From Deltaproteobacteria bacterium (GTDB lineage Bacteria > Myxococcota > Kuafuiibacteriia > Kuafuiibacteriales > Kuafuiibacteriaceae), in contig JAVJQW010000011.1 of the NCBI GenBank assembly GCA_040218735.1, forward strand, positions 416,001-480,000: a DNA stretch of 64,000 nt. Reading direction: 5' to 3'. Positions within the stretch are counted from its first letter, which is position 1. Each line of letters starts with the position of its first letter. The translations under genes were made by a program, and so were the position numbers. A model generated the notes under the pieces. It was not told the origin of the DNA. It was given only the letters and a program-made list of their open reading frames with translations, and ran no database searches. This document shows, one piece after another, positions 10,603 to 19,510 of this stretch.

Positions 10603-12758
10603 CCCCGCGTGTTACCACGCCCTCGGGTGACGGGTCTCGCGCCGACGAAGAGGCCGAGGAGGAGGAGCCACGCGGCGCCGAGGCCACCGCGACCGTGGGT
10701 GGTCCGGCAGTCGCAGGACTCCTCGTCGATCTCCCCCGTGCCGGCGTCGAACGTGATCGAGCCGGCGTCGCGTGTCGCGGAACCTCCGTCGCGTGCCACC
10801 GCGCCGGCGTCGCGCGCTGCCGCGCCGCCGTCGCGCACCGCGCTGCCGTCGCGGGCGCCACCGTCGCGATCGTCACCCGCGTCGACGTCCCCCGCGTCGG
10901 GGACGACACCGGCATCGACACCGCCGTCGCGCGGCGGCGGACAGTCGGGCGGCGGGTCCTGGCACTCGTCGGGGGTGCCGTCGCTGTCGCAGTCGAGGCT
11001 GCCGCCGTTGACGATGTCGCAGCTGTCGACGACCTGGTTGCCGTTGCAATCGACCGCCGCGAAACACGCGTTGCGAACCAGCGTCAGCACGTTGCGCGGG
11101 ATGTCGGAGTCCGAAGCGGTCGTCCGCTGGTGCAGCCCGCCCGTCCCCGTCGCCAACGTGACGGCGTGGTTCACCACGCCTTGCGAAGAGCCTGTCCCGG
11201 TGATCGGGGAGACACGCACGCGCGCGGCGGTGGAGGTCGCTACCGCGTGGGTGATCGCGTCGGTGTCGAACGCGTTGAGCGGGTCGCCGCACCACGGCCC
11301 CTCGTCCGCGATCGGCACCACCACGCGCACCGTGCCCGGCGTCCAGACCTTCGTCCCCGCGACGACCGACACCGCGCGACCCCAGTCCTCCGACGCGACC
11401 TCGTTGCCGCCGGGGCACATGCCGAGCGTCTCGTTGCCCGCCGGCGGCGCGCCGGGCACGACCGTCCCGTAGCGATTGATCACGTGGTCCTCGAGGCACG
11501 CGTACGCGCCGCCCGGCGCCGCGCTGATCCCGAGCAGCTCGGAGGTCACTTCGATCCCACGCGCCTCCAGCTCGGTGCGAATGTCCGCGAGCTGCGTGCA
11601 CAGCGCAGCCGCCTCGTCGTCCATCGACGCCGAGGTGTCGAGCGCAACCACGACCTCGACCGGTGGGCAGCTCGGGCAGTCGTCCGGGACGCCGTCGCCG
11701 TCGCAGTCCGTGCTGGCGCCCGAGCTGATGTCACACGTGTCCGGGACGCCGTTGGCGTTGCAGTCGTTCGCCAGCCCCGACGCGAGCTCGCAGCGATCCA
11801 GGACGCCGCTTGCGTCGCAGTCGTTCGCGGCGGTCAGCGCGGTCGTGCAGCGCGAGAACGTGTACACCTGCGCGCCCGACGTCACGAGGATCTCGCTGCC
11901 GTCGGCGCGCACGTCGACGCCCGCCCACTGCGCGCCCCCGACCGCCAAGGATTCGACCAACGTCCGCACGGCGCCGCTCATCGTGTCGACCGCGACGAGT
12001 GTGTCGGTGCCCGCGTCGAGGACCAGCAGCTCGAACGTCACGGGATCGAGCACGGCGCCCACCGGGTCGACCAGCGCTGGTGTGACCACCAGCTGGCCGA
12101 ACGTGCCCGTGCCGTCCACGCTGAAGATGCGACCGGCGCCACCCTCGCCGGTGTCGATGATGTAGAGGTTGGTCGTGTCGAACACCACGTCGACCGGGTC
12201 CACGAAGGACGCGAGGTCCGGGACCAAGAGCTGCTGCACCTGCGCGACCGTCGCCGACCACGCCCAGACTTGGTCGGCGCCGTTGAAGCCGCGGTCGACG
12301 ACGACGGCGGTCCCCGGCGTCACGAGACCGCCCGTGTAGAACGGCGGCGCGATCGCCATGCCGACCGGGTCGTCGTCGCCGCTGTGCAACCCGCTCACCC
12401 ACGTGCTGCGCGTCGCCGGTTCGACGCTCGTGTCAACGCGGTAGATCACCCCGCCGAAGTCTTCGCTGAAGAACACACTCGTCGTGGAGCCGTCCGTGAG
12501 GAGCGCCGCGACGTTCGAGCCGGTGGCGATGCGCTCCGCGCGCCCGGTGAAGCCGACGCGGTACACCCCGTCGCCCGCGCCGCCGCGACGCCCCACGTAG
12601 TACGACGTGAGGTCGAACGGATCGAAGCGCGCCGACTGCGCGTTCGCGAACGCGAAGGTCGAGGTCCAGGTCAGGGTCGTGTCGACGACGGTCTGCGCGT
12701 CGGCGTCGACGGTGAACAGAGCGAGCGGTGCGGCGAGCAGCGCGGCGCGGCGGAGCAT
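10599..12758 (-). CDS. Surface protein: beta-propeller, DCNxNGxxDxCD repeats, vWA-like domain, MYXO-CTERM
   Basis: Signal peptide; DPVG/DPVD blade repeats; DCNANGVPDTCD repeats; VVALDTSASM (MIDAS DxSxS); RDGG/DAG linker; SCDC, TM helix and basic tail. Confidence 0.8.
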   Translation of the reverse strand: MLRRAALLAAPLALFTVDADAQTVVDTTLTWTSTFAFANAQSARFDPFDLTSYYVGRRGGAGDGVYRVGFTGRAERIATGSNVAALLTDGSTTSVFFSEDFGGVIYRVDTSVEPATRSTWVSGLHSGDDDPVGMAIAPPFYTGGLVTPGTAVVVDRGFNGADQVWAWSATVAQVQQLLVPDLASFVDPVDVVFDTTNLYIIDTGEGGAGRIFSVDGTGTFGQLVVTPALVDPVGAVLDPVTFELLVLDAGTDTLVAVDTMSGAVRTLVESLAVGGAQWAGVDVRADGSEILVTSGAQVYTFSRCTTALTAANDCDASGVLDRCELASGLANDCNANGVPDTCDISSGASTDCDGDGVPDDCPSCPPVEVVVALDTSASMDDEAAALCTQLADIRTELEARGIEVTSELLGISAAPGGAYACLEDHVINRYGTVVPGAPPAGNETLGMCPGGNEVASEDWGRAVSVVAGTKVWTPGTVRVVVPIADEGPWCGDPLNAFDTDAITHAVATSTAARVRVSPITGTGSSQGVVNHAVTLATGTGGLHQRTTASDSDIPRNVLTLVRNACFAAVDCNGNQVVDSCDIVNGGSLDCDSDGTPDECQDPPPDCPPPRDGGVDAGVVPDAGDVDAGDDRDGGARDGSAVRDGGAAARDAGAVARDGGSATRDAGSITFDAGTGEIDEESCDCRTTHGRGGLGAAWLLLLGLFVGARPVTRGRGNTRG

Positions 12759-12795
12759 GGCTCCATCCTCCGCGCACCCGTGGGGCCACGCAAGG

Positions 12796-14316
12796 CTACC
12801 GCCCGGGACGGCGTATCCGCATGGTGGCGGGGACGCCCTTGCGGACCTCTTTGCCGTAGGCGGCTTCGAGCGCGTCGTCGATCGCGTCGGCCGAGGCGAC
12901 CGACCAGACGACCGGGTGGTTGACCATCGCTTCGATCGCCGTGCGCGCCGGCTTCTCCGACGGGTCCGAGATCGCGACGAAGAGTGTGTTGCCCTGCTGC
13001 TCCGAACGGAGCGCGTACGGCACCACGCCGAGCTCGGTCGCGAGGGCCTTGGGGATCGTCGCGAGCACCCGCGGGTGAATCGCCGACGACCCCGAAGTCC
13101 AGACCTCCAGATCGAGGTGGGTCGCTAGGGCCTTCACGGCGCGGTCGGCGAGCTCCGGGAGCATCTCCGCGAGGACCTGCATGTAACGTTTGTGGTTGGC
13201 CTGGACTTCGGCGGCGACGCGCTTCTTCTCGGTGGTCGTGAGGATCCCGAGCGACACCAGGAGCTCGGCGAGCGCCGCCTGGGTCTTCGGCCACTCCGCC
13301 GAACGATCCGGGTCCCCGACGACGACCTCCAGGACGTCCTCCGGCGCGACCTCCTCGATCGGCGGCGGCTCCGTGATGTGAGACGCCCAGTCCGACGCCT
13401 CGGCCTGCGGCGCCTTCTCTACGACCGGCGCCTTCTCCACGACCGGCGCCGGATCCGCCGCGGAGGGATCGGGCTCCGCGGTCAGCGCGAGGTCACCGGT
13501 CTCTACCGGGCGCCGCCGCGCCCGTTTGTCGCCCAGCTCGGCGAGCACGTCGCGCGCGCTGCGGAGCCGGCCCTCCGGGAGGCGATGGAGCAGCAGCGTG
13601 AGGAGCGCGTGGTTCGCGTCCGGTCCGCCCTCGAGCATGTCCGCGAGGATGACGCCCAGCGAGTAGAGGTCGGACGCCGGACCGATGTGGGCGTCGAGGC
13701 ATTCGGGCGCAGCGTAGGGAATCGAGGTGTCCGCGTACTCGGACGTCGGCGGACGGAGGCCGACCAGGCGGAAGTCGCAGATCGTCGCGCGCCCGTTCTT
13801 GGACACCACGACGTTCGACGGGCGCAAGTCGCGGTACACGAGGCCGACGTCGTGGGCGGCCGCGAGGCCCGCCGCGATGTCGCGCAGGATCTTCTCGGCC
13901 CGCGCGCGCGGGAGCGGGCCCTCGGCCTTTACGATCGATTCGAGCGTTCGCCCCGGCACGAAGTTCGACGCGACGAAGGCGAGCCCGCCCTCGGTGGTGT
14001 CGAACTCGATCACCTCCATCACGTTCGCGTGCCGCACCTTGGACAGCAGGTGCGCCGACTGGCGGAACTTCTTCACGAGCGCCTGGTCGGCGGACAGGTC
14101 CCCGACCAGCACCTTCACCGCGTACTTCTTCTCGCCGAGCTCGGCCCGGTAGACCCGCCCGAGCCGGCCCTCGGCGAGGAGCGCGCGGAGCGGGAAGCGG
14201 TCCACGGTGGTCTCGATGAGGTGCCGCTCACCCGCCTCCACGAGGGGGGTTCCGTCACGCGGACAGAAGGAGAAGTCGCGGAAGAACGCCGCGCTGCAGA
14301 CCACACAGACCTTCAA
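12796..14316 (-). CDS. Degenerate Ser/Thr kinase fused to MshEN/GSPII_E N-terminal-like domain
   Basis: N-terminal CVVC...CPRD; YAVK, YRDLRPSN, DFR, YAAPE; C-terminal LAELLVSLGIL...IPKALATELGVVP...LFVAISDP...IDDALEAAYG. Confidence 0.8.
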   Translation of the reverse strand: MKVCVVCSAAFFRDFSFCPRDGTPLVEAGERHLIETTVDRFPLRALLAEGRLGRVYRAELGEKKYAVKVLVGDLSADQALVKKFRQSAHLLSKVRHANVMEVIEFDTTEGGLAFVASNFVPGRTLESIVKAEGPLPRARAEKILRDIAAGLAAAHDVGLVYRDLRPSNVVVSKNGRATICDFRLVGLRPPTSEYADTSIPYAAPECLDAHIGPASDLYSLGVILADMLEGGPDANHALLTLLLHRLPEGRLRSARDVLAELGDKRARRRPVETGDLALTAEPDPSAADPAPVVEKAPVVEKAPQAEASDWASHITEPPPIEEVAPEDVLEVVVGDPDRSAEWPKTQAALAELLVSLGILTTTEKKRVAAEVQANHKRYMQVLAEMLPELADRAVKALATHLDLEVWTSGSSAIHPRVLATIPKALATELGVVPYALRSEQQGNTLFVAISDPSEKPARTAIEAMVNHPVVWSVASADAIDDALEAAYGKEVRKGVPATMRIRRPGR

Positions 14317-14570
14317 ACCCGAGGCGCAGCGTACCCGATCGGGCGCCCGGCCGGGAGTCGATCAGAGCGTCGCTGCGCCGCCGAGTCGACCCGACCGACG
14401 AGCCGGACGAGCCCACCTTCGAACGTGAGCCGAAGGCGCGACGCCTCGATGTAGGCGTCGGGCGCAGGCCCGAGCGCGAGCCCGTTCGCCACGACGGTGG
14501 CGATTCGTCACGCCTTCGTGGCCCCCGCGGGTTGACCAGGGTACGGATAGTCGAGGTTGGATCGTCCCCG

Positions 14571-15800
14571 ATGAGTCGCCAGATGCGCTGCCGCAGCTGC
14601 GGTGAAGACGAAGTGATTGTCGCCCGCTCCTACTGCGAGTCCTGCTTCGGTCCGCTCGAGGTCGTCTACGACTACGACGCGATTCGCGCGAACGTCGATC
14701 GCGACGCCGTCGCGGCGCGCCCACGCGGCGTGTTTCGGTTCGCGGAGCTACTGCCGGTCGACGAGGTCCCCGCGTTCTCACACGAGGTCGGGGAGACACC
14801 GCTGATGCCCGCGCCGCGCTTGGCGAAGGCGCTCGGGCTGACCGAGGTGTTCCTGAAGAACGACGCCGTCAACGCGCCGACGCTCTCGTTCAAGGATCGC
14901 GTCGTCGCGATGGCGCTCGGCAAGGCGAAGGAGCTGGGCTTCGACAAGGTAGGTTGCGCTTCGACGGGCAACCTCGCGAACAGCGTCGCCGCGCAGTCTC
15001 GCCGCGCCGACCTCGAAGCGTTCATCCTGATCCCCACCGGGCTCGAGGCCGCGAAGATCCTCGGCAGCGCGGTGTACAACACGACGCTCGTCGAGGTGGA
15101 GGGCGTGTACGACGACGTGAACCGCCTCTGCGCGCAGCTCGCGGACCAGCTCCCGATCGGGTTCGTGAACGTCAACCTGCGCCCGTTCTACGCCGAAGGC
15201 AGCAAGACGTTCGGCTTCGAGATCGCGGAGGCGCTCGGGTGGCGCGCGCCGGACGCGGTGGTGTGCCCGATGGCCGGCGGCTCGCTGATCGGAAAGATCC
15301 ACAAGGCGTTCTCGGAGCTCGAGACGCTCGGGTGGATCGAGAAGAACGGCGCCCGCATGTACGGCGCGCAAGCCGCGGGGTGCCAGCCGATCGTCGATGG
15401 CTTCGAACGCGGCGACGACGAGATTCAACCGGTGAAGCCGAACACGATCGCCAAGAGCCTCGCGATCGGGAACCCCGCGGACGGCTACTTCGCCTCCAAG
15501 CTCATCCGGAAGACAGGCGGCGTCGCGACCGGGGTGAGCGACGAAGAGATCGTCGCGGGGATGCGGATGCTCGCGGACTGCGAAGGTGTGTTCGCCGAGA
15601 CCGCGGGCGGTGTGACCGTCGCGGTGACGAAGCGGCTCGCGGAGGGGGGGCACCTGAAGGCCGGCGAGACGGTGGTCCTCGCGATCACCGGCAACGGCCT
15701 GAAGACGTCGGACGCGCTGAGCACAGAGCTCCCCCCGCCGAAGCGCATCCAGGCGAAGACGTCTCAGTTCGTCGCGATCTTCGAAGGTGCCCACGCGTGA
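14571..15800 (+). CDS. thrC: Threonine synthase (PLP-dependent, Zn-ribbon N-terminus)
   Basis: PTLSFKDR (PLP lysine), CASTGNLA, YAEGSKT, ETAGG, ITGNGLK; adjacent to hom. Confidence 0.9.
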   Translation: MSRQMRCRSCGEDEVIVARSYCESCFGPLEVVYDYDAIRANVDRDAVAARPRGVFRFAELLPVDEVPAFSHEVGETPLMPAPRLAKALGLTEVFLKNDAVNAPTLSFKDRVVAMALGKAKELGFDKVGCASTGNLANSVAAQSRRADLEAFILIPTGLEAAKILGSAVYNTTLVEVEGVYDDVNRLCAQLADQLPIGFVNVNLRPFYAEGSKTFGFEIAEALGWRAPDAVVCPMAGGSLIGKIHKAFSELETLGWIEKNGARMYGAQAAGCQPIVDGFERGDDEIQPVKPNTIAKSLAIGNPADGYFASKLIRKTGGVATGVSDEEIVAGMRMLADCEGVFAETAGGVTVAVTKRLAEGGHLKAGETVVLAITGNGLKTSDALSTELPPPKRIQAKTSQFVAIFEGAHA

Positions 15801-17011
15801 CGCTCCGAATCGGCCTGCTCGGCGCGGGCGTCGTGGGCAGCGGGCTCCTTCGACTCATCGAAGAGCGCGGAGCGGGCCTCGAGGTGCGACACATCGCGGT
15901 TCGCGATCGCAAGAAGGCGCGCGAGCACGTGCCACAGGGCGTGCCGGTCGGGACCGTCGACGACGTCCTGAACGACCCCGACATCGACGTGGTCGTGGAG
16001 CTGATGGGCGGCATCGAGCCGGCGCTCACCGCGGTGCGCACGGCGATGGGGCACGGGCGACACGTCGTCACCGCCAACAAGGCGCTCGTCGCGGAGCACG
16101 GCGCCGAGCTGGCGCGCCTCGCACGTCAGGCGAACGTCGCGTTCCGCTTCGAGGCGAGCGTCGCGGGGTGCCTGCCGATCGTGGAGATCCTCCAGGCGGG
16201 GTTGGTGTTCGATCGGGTGGACCGCCTCTTCGGTATCTTGAATGGAACGTGCAACTTCATCCTCACCAGCGGGCAGCGCGACGGGCGGGGCTACCGCGAA
16301 GCGCTCGCGCAAGCGCAGGAGCTCGGCTTCGCGGAGGCGGACCCGACGCTCGACGTGAGCGGGATGGACACCGCGCAGAAGCTCTCGATCCTCGCGTCGC
16401 TCCTCACGAACCAACGCGCGACGATCGACGACCTCGCAGTGACGGGCATCGAGGACATCCGCGTCGAGGATCACCGGGCGGCGGAGGAGCTCGGCTACCG
16501 CATCAAGCTCCTGGGCCTCTACCGCGCGGGGGAGACCGCCGCGCTCCGCGTAGCGCCGACGCTCGTGGGCGCCGACTCCGCGATCGGGTTGACCACGGAC
16601 GAGTACAACGTGGTGGAGGTCGAGTGTCGCTACGTGGGTTGGCAGCTCCACCTCGGCAAGGGCGCGGGGAGCCTACCGACCGCCGCGGCGGTGCTGCACG
16701 ACCTCGAGCGCCTCACAGCGGCGTCCTCGGCGCTCGCGCCGCGCGACGACGTGCTCGCGCTGGAAAACCCACGCGCGTGGCGGTCGAAGTGGCTCGTGCG
16801 TCTCCCGCCGAGTGAGACGTCCCACAGCGCCGCGGAGATCGGCCAGGTGCTCGCGCGTTACGACGTTCAGATCGACGAGCTCCGTCGGTCACGTCAGCGC
16901 GGCGTCGGGACCCTCGTCATCACACGCCAGGCCCGCGCGGGCGACGTGACGGTCGCGGCGCGTCACCTCGACCCGTCGGCGGTGCTGCTCGGCATCGAGC
17001 CGGAGGCCTGA
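15797..17011 (+). CDS. hom: Homoserine dehydrogenase with ACT-like C-terminus
   Basis: GTG 15797 overlaps the thrC stop; IGLLGAGVVG, VVTANKA, FEASVAG, GILNGTCNFIL, GFAEADPTLDV. Confidence 0.93.
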   Translation: MTLRIGLLGAGVVGSGLLRLIEERGAGLEVRHIAVRDRKKAREHVPQGVPVGTVDDVLNDPDIDVVVELMGGIEPALTAVRTAMGHGRHVVTANKALVAEHGAELARLARQANVAFRFEASVAGCLPIVEILQAGLVFDRVDRLFGILNGTCNFILTSGQRDGRGYREALAQAQELGFAEADPTLDVSGMDTAQKLSILASLLTNQRATIDDLAVTGIEDIRVEDHRAAEELGYRIKLLGLYRAGETAALRVAPTLVGADSAIGLTTDEYNVVEVECRYVGWQLHLGKGAGSLPTAAAVLHDLERLTAASSALAPRDDVLALENPRAWRSKWLVRLPPSETSHSAAEIGQVLARYDVQIDELRRSRQRGVGTLVITRQARAGDVTVAARHLDPSAVLLGIEPEA

Positions 17012-18199
17012 GTGCTGGACCACGCGTTCACGATCGGTTCGGTCGTCGCGGCGACGACCGTCGTCCTGCTGGCGCGGACGTACCGCGGCGTCCTGTTCTC
17101 ACGGTTCGCGACGGTGATCCTCACGATCCACACGCTGTCGTCGGTGGCGCTCTTCGATCACGTCGGACGGTGGTGGCCGCTGTTCGTCTACCTGCAGCTC
17201 GCGACGTACGTTCACTTCGGGACGCTGGTCTGGGCGCGGCTGCGCCCGCTGCCGTGGCGGCTGCTGGTGAGCATCCCCGCCCACGCGTTCTCGGCGTCGA
17301 TCTTCTTCGCGGTGCCCTGGGCGATCGCGGCGGCGATCGGGTTCGAGCCGAAGGGGCTGATCGTTCCGTTCGTTCTCGGGTTGATCGGTCTCGTCGAGGC
17401 GTTCCTGCCGCGACAGCGCGACGTGCACGTGGACCTGTCAGAGCAACGCCTCGCCACGGACGGCATGATCCGCGCGCGGACGTCGAAGGGCGTGTCGGAG
17501 CGTCCCTTGCGCATCGTTCAGATCACCGACCCGCACCTCGGTCCCTTCATGTCCGCGTCACGGCTCGCGCGGATCTGTGAACGTGCCGTCGAACGCGACC
17601 CGGACCTCGTGCTCCTCACCGGTGACTTCATCACGATGGAGTCGCAGCGCAGCGCGGACCCGCTCGCCGAGGCGTTCGCGCCCCTCGCGAAGCTCGACGG
17701 CCGGGTGTTCGCGTGCCTCGGCAACCACGACTACGAGGCGCTCGCCGTGGTGAAGGAGGGGCTGTCCCGCGCGAACATCCGGTTGCTCGTCGACGAGGAG
17801 GCGACCGTCCAGACCGAGGCGGGGGCGGTGCAGGTCGTCGGCGTCGACTTCGTCTGGCGGGAGCGCCGCGCGCACCTCACGTCGCTGTTCACGCGTATTC
17901 CGCGGCGCGACGACCACGTGCGCGTGGTCCTGATGCACGACCCCGCCGCCTTCGCGGCCCTCCCGCAGGACGAAGGTGATCTCGTGTTGAGCGGCCACAC
18001 CCACGGCGGTCAGCTCGGGCTCGTCACGTTCGGCCTCCCAATCACGGTGCTGTCGCTGTTCACGCAGATCCCCGACCACGGCCTGTGGGCGCGGGGGCGC
18101 GACCGTCTGTACGTCCATCGGGGCACCGGACACTACGGGTTCCCGCTGCGGGTCGGTGTGCCGCGGGAGGAGAGCCTCCTGCACGTGCACCGAGGTTGA
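17012..18199 (+). CDS. Membrane-anchored metallophosphoesterase (YkuE/YaeI-like)
   Basis: TDPHLG, TGDF, GNHD and SGHTHGGQ motifs after N-terminal TM helices. Confidence 0.9.
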   Translation: MLDHAFTIGSVVAATTVVLLARTYRGVLFSRFATVILTIHTLSSVALFDHVGRWWPLFVYLQLATYVHFGTLVWARLRPLPWRLLVSIPAHAFSASIFFAVPWAIAAAIGFEPKGLIVPFVLGLIGLVEAFLPRQRDVHVDLSEQRLATDGMIRARTSKGVSERPLRIVQITDPHLGPFMSASRLARICERAVERDPDLVLLTGDFITMESQRSADPLAEAFAPLAKLDGRVFACLGNHDYEALAVVKEGLSRANIRLLVDEEATVQTEAGAVQVVGVDFVWRERRAHLTSLFTRIPRRDDHVRVVLMHDPAAFAALPQDEGDLVLSGHTHGGQLGLVTFGLPITVLSLFTQIPDHGLWARGRDRLYVHRGTGHYGFPLRVGVPREESLLHVHRG

Positions 18200-18235
18200 C
18201 TGAACTTCGGTCCGCTGGAAACGTCGCGCGCGTCA

Positions 18236-19510
18236 ATGAAGATGAGAGCCCGCGCGTGGTGCACGGCGACCGCGATCGTCTTCCTACTGCTGACCGTGCC
18301 GCCGATCTTCGCGGGGCTGGCGACGATGTTCCAGCACGGCGACATGGTGAAGTTCCACCTGCCGCAGATCAACTATCACATCCAACACCCGCTCGACCTG
18401 CTCCACTACGAGGCCTCGTCCGCGACGACGCCCGGGCACCACTTCCTCTTCGCGTGGGTGTCGATCCTCTTCGGCTACGACAGCGTCTCCGAGAACACGA
18501 TGGTGCTGCGTCTGCTGAACGTGGTGATCGCGCTCGGGTTGATCGTCGTCGCCTGGATGACGTTCTACCGGCTGAAGAAGGACGCGCTGTTCGCGACGGC
18601 GTGCGCGCTCCCGCTGGTCGGATCGAACTACGTGCTGACGGCGGCGATCTGGATCAACACCGACAACGGCGCAATGTTGTTCTTCGCGTTGACGCTGTTC
18701 TCGATGCTCTTCTACGAGAACCGCGTCTACCTCGCCGCGATCAGCGTGCTGCTGATGGTGATGTGGCGGCAGATCTACCTGCCGGTCGTGGGCGCGCTCG
18801 CGTTCCCGGTGCTGCTGCCGGGCGATCGTAAGAAGACGATCGTGCGGGCCATCGCGACGGTGCTCCCGACGGTGATCGTCATCGGCGTCTACGCCAGCGC
18901 GTGGGGTGGCCTGACGCCCGGAACGACGCAGCTGTACAACAAGTTCACGCTGAACCTCTCCGTGCCGCTGCACGCGGTCGCGCTGACGGGGCTGTTCGCC
19001 CTCCCCTACGGCCTGCTGTTGAAGCCGACGTTCACGGGGCTCGATCCGCGCGGACGCAAGATCGTCCTCGGCGTCGGCGTGGCGATCGGGTTGATCTTGT
19101 GGCTCATCGCGGCGTCGAACCACGACAACGAGATGGGTCGCTGGGGCTCGCTGATCTGGGTGCTCGCGAAGAAGAGCCCCGGCATCGGCGACAAGACGTT
19201 CGTGGTCCTGCTCCTCGCGATCGCCGGCGCGACGACGCTCGCCGCGATGGGGTGGCGGGCGATCGCGGAGCGCTACTACCCGATCGAGCTGATGATGCTG
19301 CTCGCGTACTTCGCCGGGTACTCCGCGCAGGTCTTCGCGTGGCAGCGCTACATCGAGCCGGCGATCTTCCTCGTCATCGGCGTGCACTGCGCGCGCACGA
19401 AGGAAGCGACACCGCGCTTCGCCCTCGCGGGCCCGGCGCTCATGGCGGCGATCTTCGGGTTGATGTCCCAGCTCCGCATCTGGGGCACGCTCGGACAGAT
19501 GTTCGGTTAG
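18236..19510 (+). CDS. Polytopic GT-C glycosyltransferase resembling ALG10/DIE2
   Basis: About 11 TM helices; GDMVKFHLPQI, ATTPGHHFL, NTDNGAMLF, WRQ and QRYIEP parallel the remembered ALG10 motifs DExFHLPQ, ITTxPG, YTD, RQTN and FRYF. Confidence 0.7.
   Translation: MKMRARAWCTATAIVFLLLTVPPIFAGLATMFQHGDMVKFHLPQINYHIQHPLDLLHYEASSATTPGHHFLFAWVSILFGYDSVSENTMVLRLLNVVIALGLIVVAWMTFYRLKKDALFATACALPLVGSNYVLTAAIWINTDNGAMLFFALTLFSMLFYENRVYLAAISVLLMVMWRQIYLPVVGALAFPVLLPGDRKKTIVRAIATVLPTVIVIGVYASAWGGLTPGTTQLYNKFTLNLSVPLHAVALTGLFALPYGLLLKPTFTGLDPRGRKIVLGVGVAIGLILWLIAASNHDNEMGRWGSLIWVLAKKSPGIGDKTFVVLLLAIAGATTLAAMGWRAIAERYYPIELMMLLAYFAGYSAQVFAWQRYIEPAIFLVIGVHCARTKEATPRFALAGPALMAAIFGLMSQLRIWGTLGQMFG

Noticed and set aside
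14330-14570. Possible SAM riboswitch upstream of thrC
   Set aside because: I could not find the SAM-I or SAM-IV core motifs. An Rfam/Infernal scan would settle it.
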